A program made the position numbers and the translations under genes. The notes under the pieces were generated by a model. That model worked only from the letters and a program-made list of their open reading frames with translations, did no database searches and was not told the origin of the DNA. Below are positions 56,880 to 64,000 of a DNA stretch of 64,000 bases, piece after piece (position 1 is the first letter of the stretch; each line of letters starts with the position of its first letter). The DNA lies in IMG/VR virus record IMGVR_UViG_3300029736_000004; one strand, written 5' to 3'. This DNA is from a virus. Lineage: Duplodnaviria; Heunggongvirae; Uroviricota; Caudoviricetes.

Positions 56880-57917
56880 TTACCAGAGTTTTGCCGCGTA
56901 CATCGTTTGTGTGAATGTGTACCCATAGCGTTCTTCAACGCTTTTACCGTATTTTTTCCTGGCTTCAGTAAGGCGGATGCCTGTCAGGTCATCGCCGGAG
57001 GCAATCATAACTTCCAGTAGTTCCAGGTCCATTTTATCCAGCCTTGCCATTGCATCTTTAGCCTCTTGAATTTTCCGGCTAACGATCTGGTGTATGGCTG
57101 GATCGGCTTCGGCCAGCATTTTATCTGATTTGTTTTTTAAACTCTGATTGCGGATATCAATGTTTCTCAGGATATATGACTTCACGACATAGCTTGGCTG
57201 CTGCTTTTCCAGATCACGAACCCGATAAAGGTCAAATTCGCCGAGAAGTCCGCACGGAAGCGGTTTAATGCCAGTGTAAATGGTAAGGGTACGGCGCTCA
57301 CCAACGTTGTTAACAACGGGAATCTCTGTGTTTGCTTTTCTTGCAAAGATCAGCGCACCGTGCGCACCCACTCGGAAGCGTGAAAGTCCATTGTTGCCCT
57401 CGATATTGGTGGTAATCACCACATCGGTATAACCTTCTTTTCTTGCGCGGTATACCTCGCCCTCACGTTCAGCGGCGAAGAATCTGCGTTCTTCTTCAAG
57501 CGCACCGACAACCTGTGAAAATATCCTGTTTTTCATGCTTTTCTTTATAGTTTTATCGTATTTTTTCAGCAGGTCTTCGCGCGTAAATGTTCTCGTTGTG
57601 GTTGCGCTTTGCATAACGATATGCGTACTCTGATTAGTATCCTCAACAATGAATGGGATCGGTAAATAAACCGACTCAACAATGTTTGAGGCTTTGTCAT
57701 CATCCTTGCGACACAGATCAACAAAGGCTTTCCATTCGGCTATGCATTTTTCAGCTTCTTCTAATACAGCCGGATCATGTGTTAATGCAACATGGCGAAA
57801 TTCCTCGCCAACATAACTGGTATCATGGAAAACAGAGTTTGCGACCACCAGCTCTTTCCACCGTTCGGCGGTTTGCAGGAACCGTTTGTACTCATTCTCG
57901 ATCGACTTCTTACTCAT
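56880..57917 (-). CDS. candidate immunity repressor (c1 position)
   Basis: 345 aa between pacB and the rox-like site, as c1 lies in P1-family pac-c1 regions; operator-like sites at 57936-57946 and 58021-58030 in its upstream region. Confidence 0.35.
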   Translation of the reverse strand: MSKKSIENEYKRFLQTAERWKELVVANSVFHDTSYVGEEFRHVALTHDPAVLEEAEKCIAEWKAFVDLCRKDDDKASNIVESVYLPIPFIVEDTNQSTHIVMQSATTTRTFTREDLLKKYDKTIKKSMKNRIFSQVVGALEEERRFFAAEREGEVYRARKEGYTDVVITTNIEGNNGLSRFRVGAHGALIFARKANTEIPVVNNVGERRTLTIYTGIKPLPCGLLGEFDLYRVRDLEKQQPSYVVKSYILRNIDIRNQSLKNKSDKMLAEADPAIHQIVSRKIQEAKDAMARLDKMDLELLEVMIASGDDLTGIRLTEARKKYGKSVEERYGYTFTQTMYAAKLW

Positions 57918-57931
57918 TATTCCTACTCGAT

Positions 57932-57946
57932 TTAGTTTTCTAACAT
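57932..57946. promoter_or_regulatory. operator-like site (TTAGTTTTCTAACAT)
   Basis: 15 bp upstream of the c1-candidate start; variant ATTAGAAAAT at 58021-58030. Confidence 0.45.
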
Positions 57947-58102
57947 AAAAGTCCTGTGACAAATTTATGCTGAATAACAAGGTGAGTAAAGGATAAAACC
58001 GCTTTTTTTTGATTGTTCCTATTAGAAAATGTAGCCAGGAACGGCTACCGCATGGCTGACGGATTTGCGAAGTGATCTGGTCGGTGTTTTTTTGGGAAAA
58101 AA

Positions 58103-58134
58103 GCCCCGATTCCAACTTTAAATAATTGGCATTA
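58103..58134. other. rox-like site-specific recombination site
   Basis: CAACTTTAAATAAT-TGGC-ATTATTTAAAGTTA: 14-bp inverted arms with 4-bp spacer; 31/32 identical to the reverse complement of the D6 rox site as I recall it. Confidence 0.65.
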
Positions 58135-58296
58135 TTTAAAGTTAGGCTATAATCTCCAGTAAACAGGTAGTATTGACAAGGATGAAAAATCATGCCTCGA
58201 ATCAAAGGCTTGAATTTTGAAAATTAACTTATAACTACCCTGTCAGTTTTCTATTTTTCATGTAGCGTTATCTGTATATAGAGGTTTAATAGTTTC

Positions 58297-59325
58297 ATGG
58301 GTGAACTAGTTATCTCCGGCGGTTCTGGTGGTTTTCTGCGCGATATTGGCACCGAATACCAGGAAGCTGCAAAAAACTTTATGCAGTTCATGAACGACCA
58401 GGGAGCTTATGCCCCAAATACGCTTCGAGATCTCCGTCTGGTGTTTCATTCCTGGGCGCGGTGGTGTAACTCGCGCCAGCGCCCCTGGTTCCCGATTACG
58501 CCGGAAATGGCCCGCGAGTATCTTCTCCAGTTGCATGAGGCCGATCTGGCTTCGACCACCATTGATAAGCACTATGCCATGCTTAACATGCTGCTTTCGC
58601 AATGTGGCCTCCCGCCGCTCTCGGACGATAAAAGTGTGTCTCTGGCCATGCGGCGCATCCGGCGCGAAGCGGCAACGGAAAAAGGCGAGCGAACAGGCCA
58701 GGCTATACCGTTGCGGTGGGATGATCTGAAATTGCTCGACGTGTTGCTGTCCCGTTCCGAGCGGCTGGTGGACCTGCGCAATCGGGCGTTTCTCTTCGTG
58801 GCATACAATACCCTGATGCGTATGTCAGAAATCTCGCGCATCCGCGTCGGAGATCTGGAACAAACAGGTGACACTGTAACGCTGCATATTTCACACACGA
58901 AGACCATCACGACCGCCGCCGGACTTGATAAGGTGCTTTCTCGTTACACTACCGCCGTACTGAACGACTGGCTGGAGGTGTCCGGACTTCGAGAACATCC
59001 GGACGCGGTGCTATTCCCGCCAATACACCGCAGTAATAAGGCCAGAATCACGACAACGCCCCTTACTGCACCTGCAATGGAGAAAATATTCAGCGATGCC
59101 TGGGGGTTGCTGAACAAACGAGATGCCACGCCGAACAAAGGAAGATACCGGACGTGGACAGGCCATAGTGCGCGTGTTGGTGCGGCAATTGATATGGCTG
59201 AGAAACAGGTGTCAATGGTCGAGATCATGCAGGAAGGCACATGGAAAAAGCCCGAAACACTTATGCGATATTTGCGCCGTAGCGGGGCATCCGTTGGTGC
59301 AAATAGTCGCCTGATGGATTCATAA
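58297..59325 (+). CDS. dre: Cre-family tyrosine recombinase (Dre-like)
   Basis: WARWCNSRQRPWFPITPEMAREYLLQL...LPPLSDDKSVSLAMRRIRRE aligns with Cre WAAWCKLNNRKWFPAEPEDVRDYLLYL...SNAVSLVMRRIRKE; C-terminal WTGHSARVGAAIDMA catalytic region; rox-like site 160 bp upstream. Confidence 0.7.
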   Translation: MGELVISGGSGGFLRDIGTEYQEAAKNFMQFMNDQGAYAPNTLRDLRLVFHSWARWCNSRQRPWFPITPEMAREYLLQLHEADLASTTIDKHYAMLNMLLSQCGLPPLSDDKSVSLAMRRIRREAATEKGERTGQAIPLRWDDLKLLDVLLSRSERLVDLRNRAFLFVAYNTLMRMSEISRIRVGDLEQTGDTVTLHISHTKTITTAAGLDKVLSRYTTAVLNDWLEVSGLREHPDAVLFPPIHRSNKARITTTPLTAPAMEKIFSDAWGLLNKRDATPNKGRYRTWTGHSARVGAAIDMAEKQVSMVEIMQEGTWKKPETLMRYLRRSGASVGANSRLMDS

Positions 59326-59326
59326 A

Positions 59327-59340
59327 TTAATTTTCTAACA
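59327..59340. promoter_or_regulatory. operator-like site (TTAATTTTCTAACA)
   Basis: Perfect reverse-orientation 14-mer just after the dre stop. Confidence 0.45.
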
Positions 59341-59397
59341 ATCTTTTTAGACAGTGCATTTTAATGTAAAGTACCCTCGCCTATTGCGGAGGGTACT

Positions 59398-59742
59398 TTG
59401 CACAATCGTATTACGGAATCAAAACGCTTCACTGTTGACGGTTACACCATAACCTTCACTGCGGGCGTTAAGCGCGACCAGGCGGTCGTGGTGTTCGGTG
59501 TTATGACCGGACTTGATGCCGTTCCCGTATTTACCCTCGAAAAAAACTGGCGAAATCTGGAGGAAGCTGAACGCTACGTCCGGAAAGTAACCGTCATTGC
59601 TGCTGAAAAACTCCTGGCCCACTATCAGGAAAATTATCGCGCTATGACCGAGAAAATTAACCATGTTTTCACTCGCCCCACCAGCGGCTTCATTGCCCCT
59701 GATGCGAATGCCGGGCGCTATCCGGCAAGGGGGCGCAAATGA
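59398..59742 (+). CDS. hypothetical protein
   Basis: 114-aa ORF. Confidence 0.45.
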   Translation: MHNRITESKRFTVDGYTITFTAGVKRDQAVVVFGVMTGLDAVPVFTLEKNWRNLEEAERYVRKVTVIAAEKLLAHYQENYRAMTEKINHVFTRPTSGFIAPDANAGRYPARGRK

Positions 59743-60227
59743 AAACTTACTACCCATCTCTGAACTGCTATCCAACCACTAATCCTGAGCTGTCAGGGAA
59801 ACTTCTGTCCCTCCTGGCTGATAGTCCTGATGAATGGCATAAGCCTGGTGATATCAACACACAGTTCCCTGAGTACGGGTGTATCCGCACCCGAAATGAG
59901 CTGAAGAACCTCATTGCTCACGGTTTTGTCCGTCACCGTAGCGGGAAAGGCTATCAGTTGGCTATCCCACAAGGAGAGGCAAGAGAACTCTTTGGCTATC
60001 GAGAAAGCCAGACGCAAGCGCGGGTGATCGCAGAAATTATCCGTAATGGCAGCGTCTATGCCCGCAAATTCTGGCTGTCTGGCGGTGGCGATGCATCACA
60101 GTTCTTGCGTGCTGTGCGATCGCTGGAGGAACAAGGTGTAATCGAGAATACCTGCGTCTCCGTTCCGACCGCTCCGCATATCAAACGCCGGATTTATACA
60201 TTTACCCGGAGAGCTAAAAAGCAATGA
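59739..60227 (+). CDS. hypothetical protein
   Basis: 162-aa ORF overlapping neighbours by 4 nt. Confidence 0.45.
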   Translation: MKTYYPSLNCYPTTNPELSGKLLSLLADSPDEWHKPGDINTQFPEYGCIRTRNELKNLIAHGFVRHRSGKGYQLAIPQGEARELFGYRESQTQARVIAEIIRNGSVYARKFWLSGGGDASQFLRAVRSLEEQGVIENTCVSVPTAPHIKRRIYTFTRRAKKQ

Positions 60228-60718
60228 TTAACGTGAAAGTGAAACGCCTTCATCCGGCGGCAAAACTCCCCGTTTACGCCACCGCCGGATCGGCGGCGAT
60301 GGATTTTGTTGCTGTTGAAATAACGCCTGGTATCGATAGCAATGGCGCTATTTCCTCAAGCTGGTGGGTGCATACCGGCCTCGCTATGGCGATCCCTCCT
60401 GGCTGGTGTCTGAAACTTTATCCTCGTTCCGGATTGGGCTGCAAAAAGCATACGCGCCTGGCTAACTGCGTAGGAATTATCGACGCCGATTATCGCGGTG
60501 AAATCATGGCAAAACTGATTACAGATCCTGGTGGTGAAGGTGTTTGCCTCAAGCCTGGAATGGCGGTCATGCAAGGCATTTTTGAGCGTGTTGAACCGGT
60601 ATCGCTGGTAGAAGTTGATGAACTCGATGAAACAGAGCGAGGTGCTGGTGGCTTTGGTAGCACATCGGAAGACCGCATTGAAATCAAGCGTACACCGCTT
60701 CAGTACGAAAAGTTTTAA
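60224..60718 (+). CDS. dut: dUTP diphosphatase (dUTPase)
   Basis: dUTPase motifs AGSAAMD, GIIDADYRGEI and RGAGGFGSTS. Confidence 0.75.
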   Translation: MINVKVKRLHPAAKLPVYATAGSAAMDFVAVEITPGIDSNGAISSSWWVHTGLAMAIPPGWCLKLYPRSGLGCKKHTRLANCVGIIDADYRGEIMAKLITDPGGEGVCLKPGMAVMQGIFERVEPVSLVEVDELDETERGAGGFGSTSEDRIEIKRTPLQYEKF

Positions 60719-60732
60719 GTAGAGGAAAGATT

Positions 60733-61419
60733 ATGGCCAGCACTTTTCAGGTGTTCCCCAAATACAAAAGCCACAGCATCATTCGGGCATCGAAAATCAA
60801 AGATATTGTTATTGTCGGCGAAGCTTATGCGCCCATTTTTGGCAGTATCGAAGTCGTGGAGCCAAAAGGAATGACGCTTCGTGTTGATGGTGTGTTCTTG
60901 GAAAAATTCCGACCGCAAATAGGAGGATATCTCGTCACTGCTGAAAATGGCTATCTGGTCTATGTGCCAGAGAAAGCATTTGAAAAATGCTATAGCCGGG
61001 TTAACGACGCCTCCGAAAATGGGGTATCGCTCAGCATTGAAGGTCACAATGGGGTGACATTCATTACAGCCAGGGACGTAACTATTTCTGCAGGCGGTAT
61101 CGCTACTCTACAAGAAGAAATCGACCTTGAAGCAGCCGACTTTTCTGACGCGCTGATGTGGCTGAAGGATGGCAAGAAAGTTGCCCGGCGCGGGTGGAAT
61201 GGCGAAAACCAATTCTGCTGGCTGGTTCCAGACAAACAGGGCGCTTCAAGACTAACCCCTATAAAACATGCCATCAATGGAGAGCTTGAAATCAATTTCG
61301 ACTCTCCTCTTGCTCCTTATGGTACGCATTTCGCTTTGAAAAATGCACAAGGTGTAGTTGTTCCGTGGGTGCCTTCAGTTGGCGACCTGCTGGCCTGTGA
61401 CTGGTTTGTTGTGGAGTGA
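60733..61419 (+). CDS. hypothetical protein with C-terminal W-domain (MWLKDGKKVARRGW ... CDWFVVE)
   Basis: 228 aa; C-terminal domain shares the signature of three other proteins in the window. Confidence 0.45.
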   Translation: MASTFQVFPKYKSHSIIRASKIKDIVIVGEAYAPIFGSIEVVEPKGMTLRVDGVFLEKFRPQIGGYLVTAENGYLVYVPEKAFEKCYSRVNDASENGVSLSIEGHNGVTFITARDVTISAGGIATLQEEIDLEAADFSDALMWLKDGKKVARRGWNGENQFCWLVPDKQGASRLTPIKHAINGELEINFDSPLAPYGTHFALKNAQGVVVPWVPSVGDLLACDWFVVE

Positions 61420-61425
61420 TTTAAC

Positions 61426-62223
61426 GTGGAAAATACCAAGAACATTCAATATCGCCTGCGTAACGGCCTGCTGGTGGATGTAAACGATGATATGTCCCTG
61501 CCCTTTGCCACCATTGAGCGAACCATCCTTACATACCTGGGTTTAGACGAAGAGTTAGATAGTGAGAATGGCATTGCTATCTGGCGTGACGGAAAAACGG
61601 GAGTCAGACGTTTTATTACGGCAAGAGGCATTCAGTGCACACAGGAAGAATTGTTTGAACTGGCGCAGTCTTATGGATGCATCGCGTTAGATCCCCTGCA
61701 TGACCCAGCCATAGCGCAACAACTCATTCGAGAGCTGTCGCTTTCGGTCACGCCAATAATCTTCCGCCAGGGAACCTTAACCGGCACATGGCGTGTAGAA
61801 CGCATCTCTAAATATCAGCCATATAATATCCATTTGAACGGCACTATTACTGGTGTGGATCAACCAGTAGCAGGTGAAAACAAAGACCTGGAACTTGCAG
61901 TAATGATGGCTGCTTGTCGCGTGCTTGGCCTGGGCAAGCAGATGTTTATCCATTTCCCAAACGGCGCGGAAGGCGAAGTAGAGCTGATTTCCTGCGACTT
62001 TTCCTTAACCTGGATGCTTGATGAATTCCTGGACAAAACAGTATTCCGTGCTGAAGAACTGGATATGTATGTCACCTCAAGTATTCCTAATGACGTGAAA
62101 GTTGAGGCCATCGCTACAGCCAGGGCGAAATGCCGTGCGGCGATTGCAGAACAGGCCAAAGAAGAACAGTCCGATGAAGTCGCGGCAGATGTGGAAGCAG
62201 AGGATGCTGATGCTGACGCCTAA
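61426..62223 (+). CDS. hypothetical protein (acidic C-terminus)
   Basis: 265-aa ORF; hairpin terminator follows. Confidence 0.45.
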   Translation: MENTKNIQYRLRNGLLVDVNDDMSLPFATIERTILTYLGLDEELDSENGIAIWRDGKTGVRRFITARGIQCTQEELFELAQSYGCIALDPLHDPAIAQQLIRELSLSVTPIIFRQGTLTGTWRVERISKYQPYNIHLNGTITGVDQPVAGENKDLELAVMMAACRVLGLGKQMFIHFPNGAEGEVELISCDFSLTWMLDEFLDKTVFRAEELDMYVTSSIPNDVKVEAIATARAKCRAAIAEQAKEEQSDEVAADVEAEDADADA

Positions 62224-62273
62224 AAGCAAGAAATTAGCTGGCTGACAGCAGAAAAAATCATTGAGTGATAGTA

Positions 62274-62305
62274 GGAAGCCCGCTTGGTTGAGCGGGCTTC
62301 TTTTC
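62274..62305. terminator. bidirectional terminator-like hairpin between convergent genes
   Basis: GGAAGCCCGC-TTGGTTGA-GCGGGCTTC followed by TTTTC. Confidence 0.5.
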
Positions 62306-62684
62306 AAATATTGGAACCATATAGTTCACGTAGTTTTTCCGCTACTGAAGATACGGGGATTTCACCAGTTGCAGCCCCCACCGCAAGTTCCACCAGCACG
62401 GGAGAATCATATACCTGTATACCGTTACGGCGTAGAAATAGCAGCGCACTGTTTAGCGCGGTACGCTTATTGGCATCATTGAATATATGCCCTCTCGCAG
62501 TAGCCACCAGGTAGGTGGCGGAGACTTCGAAAAGGCCGGTGATCTCTTCGTAGGCAACTCTGGCCTGAACTCTCCCGATAATGGCCTCTGCCCTACCCGG
62601 ATCTGACATTCCCGGCAGGCCGCCGTAGCGGTTTATATTCGCATCATGAAGCGCAATAAGTTCTTCCGGTGATATATGCCTCAT
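62304..62684 (-). CDS. doc: Doc toxin (Fic/Doc family)
   Basis: [11 protein letters not shown] Fic/Doc motif; sequence near-identical to P1 Doc as I recall it; start overlaps phd stop. Confidence 0.85.
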   Translation of the reverse strand: MRHISPEELIALHDANINRYGGLPGMSDPGRAEAIIGRVQARVAYEEITGLFEVSATYLVATARGHIFNDANKRTALNSALLFLRRNGIQVYDSPVLVELAVGAATGEIPVSSVAEKLRELYGSNI

Positions 62685-62905
62685 TATCGGTTAACCAGTT
62701 CCTTGTTAGTGGAGTCCAGGGTGTCAAACAGGGATGCAAATTCAGCATCCAGCGCCGCTTTTTTGTAGGCTTCGAAAGTAGCCTTGCTGACAATTACTGC
62801 TGGCTCACGGCCTCTGCGGGTGATTTCAACCTCTTCACCGGCTTCAACATTGTTGAGCACTTCAGAAAGGTTGCCACGCGCGGTACGGAAGTTAATGGAT
62901 TGCAT
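62684..62905 (-). CDS. phd: Phd antitoxin
   Basis: [49 protein letters not shown]... matches P1 Phd as recalled; GAGGTG SD; start set at second Met. Confidence 0.85.
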   Translation of the reverse strand: MQSINFRTARGNLSEVLNNVEAGEEVEITRRGREPAVIVSKATFEAYKKAALDAEFASLFDTLDSTNKELVNR

Positions 62906-62977
62906 AAACACCTCGTGTACTCGTTATGTGTACACAATTATAAACTTCACAGGCATAAAGCACCAGCACTTTGCAGC

Positions 62978-63367
62978 TTAAATAACCGGACAATCATCAA
63001 ATTCCCCACTCCGGGCATCATTGATGATGTGAGTGATCACGCCAAACACAGCATTGCTACCAGTATATCCATCATCATCCACTGGCAACGCCTCTTTCTT
63101 CCCGGTGCTTAAATCTTCCAGGTGCTGGCTCGGATGCTTCCGGTATCTCTTTATGCGATATTCCCCCTCTATAGCGCATACAAGCAGTGAACCATCAACC
63201 GGAGTAAGTGAGGAATCAACCACCAGCAAAGCACCTTGCAATATTCCCTCACGGTGATGGCTGTCTGCCGCCCGCATGAAGTAGGTCGCTGAAGGATGTC
63301 TGATTAGTTGCTGATCAAGAGAAATACGGCTCTCTGCATAATCCGCCGCAGGAGAAGGGAAGCCCAT
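62978..63367 (-). CDS. humD: UmuD-like SOS protein (HumD-like)
   Basis: 129 aa, GFPSPAADY N-terminus, S24 peptidase-like; LexA box directly upstream; humD-phd-doc order as in P1. Confidence 0.7.
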   Translation of the reverse strand: MGFPSPAADYAESRISLDQQLIRHPSATYFMRAADSHHREGILQGALLVVDSSLTPVDGSLLVCAIEGEYRIKRYRKHPSQHLEDLSTGKKEALPVDDDGYTGSNAVFGVITHIINDARSGEFDDCPVI

Positions 63368-63387
63368 AGCGTTTTACCTCAATGATA

Positions 63388-63403
63388 CTGTTTATTCATA
63401 CAG
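63388..63403. promoter_or_regulatory. LexA box (SOS operator)
   Basis: CTGTTTATTCATACAG = CTGT-N8-ACAG, ending about 20 nt upstream of the humD start. Confidence 0.65.
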
Positions 63404-63466
63404 TATACATTGAAAAGGCATAGTTTGTGAAAGCGGGGTTTGTACGCGCGCCACGCTGGGGGCTAA

Positions 63467-63817
63467 TCACATTGGTGGCGTGAACGTGCCATTCATATAT
63501 TGCAAAATGCTTGACTCGATTTTTTCATTAAAATCAGAATGATGCTCCTCAAGGACAAAGCGCGCCTTATTGTTGCGCACAATAACCTCCGCCAACGGCT
63601 TAACCAGAGATGTGGAGTTAGAGATTTTCTCGGCGCGCTCTACATCGCTTTTAAACGTTACGATGAAGTGCTGGTGGCCTGGTGACCGGCGACACAACAT
63701 GCGTCGCACTTCCACGGTATCTTCACGGCCTTGAGTATGTACAGGAAAGCTATCGACCACCGCTGTATTGGTGCGGATTGTCTGCATAGAACGCGTGTTG
63801 TCGTGATAGTTAAGCAT
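63467..63817 (-). CDS. hypothetical protein
   Basis: GGGGGAG SD before ATG 63817 (ORF track lists a longer 63467-63964 frame). Confidence 0.4.
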   Translation of the reverse strand: MLNYHDNTRSMQTIRTNTAVVDSFPVHTQGREDTVEVRRMLCRRSPGHQHFIVTFKSDVERAEKISNSTSLVKPLAEVIVRNNKARFVLEEHHSDFNEKIESSILQYMNGTFTPPM

Positions 63818-64000
63818 GTTTAATGTCTCCCCCATCTTGCCGTTATTTTTTTGGTGCATCCTCGTTCTGATACACCGGATCGCTCCCTTTTGGCAACTGG
63901 AGGGGGTTCCGTGGGAATTTCTGCGATAACACCCGCTAAGCGATTCCTCCCTGACGGAAATCACTTGTTTTCCGTCAGGTCCTGCAGTTGAAGAAAATTG

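Noticed and set aside
6680-59340. Recurring TGTTAGAAAATTAA motif as a CRISPR-like array
   Set aside because: Copies are dispersed over more than 50 kb at irregular spacing in promoter regions, with no uniform repeat-spacer periodicity and no cas genes; interpreted as operator sites.
1-64000. IS elements, integrase with att site, or rRNA genes
   Set aside because: No transposase-like ORF with terminal inverted repeats and no rRNA-like sequence was seen; the only recombinases are the Cre-family gene and its rox-like site.

Overview
This 64-kb window reads as part of a P1-family temperate phage-plasmid, closest in layout to the D6 branch (pacA-pacB-c1-rox-dre order). All calls rest on reading the six-frame translations and the DNA by eye plus remembered P1 synteny; no database search was run. 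Coding is dense and mostly on the plus strand. Contents, left to right: a Dam methyltransferase; two plasmid partition systems (small ParA with an RHH partner, and ParM/ParR with parC-like 11-bp repeats); a PAAR-like gene; Rz/Rz1-type spanins; myovirus structural genes (putative major capsid, Ig-like protein, sheath, tube); an iteron-type RepA replicon with a DnaA box; a Sit-like tape-measure gene, W/J/I-like baseplate genes, a long tail fibre with internal repeats and a Tfa chaperone; a holin-like gene followed by a Dar-operon-like block; hicAB; portal and prohead protease; a putative c4/icd/ant-like immunity region; a 2283-aa DarB-like methyltransferase-helicase; five tRNAs (Arg, Tyr, Thr, Ser, Ile2/Met-CAT); Lpa-like, PacA and PacB with a GATC-rich pac-like site; a candidate C1 repressor; a rox-like site with a Dre/Cre-family recombinase; a dUTPase; and a LexA-box-fronted humD-phd-doc module. 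The most striking non-coding signal is a 14-bp operator-like motif (TGTTAGAAAATTAA) recurring at 11 intergenic sites, four of them as inverted pairs. No rRNA, CRISPR array or IS element was recognised. I could not pin down a single clearly novel system; the best candidates are the accessory loci and non-coding regions listed in the findings.
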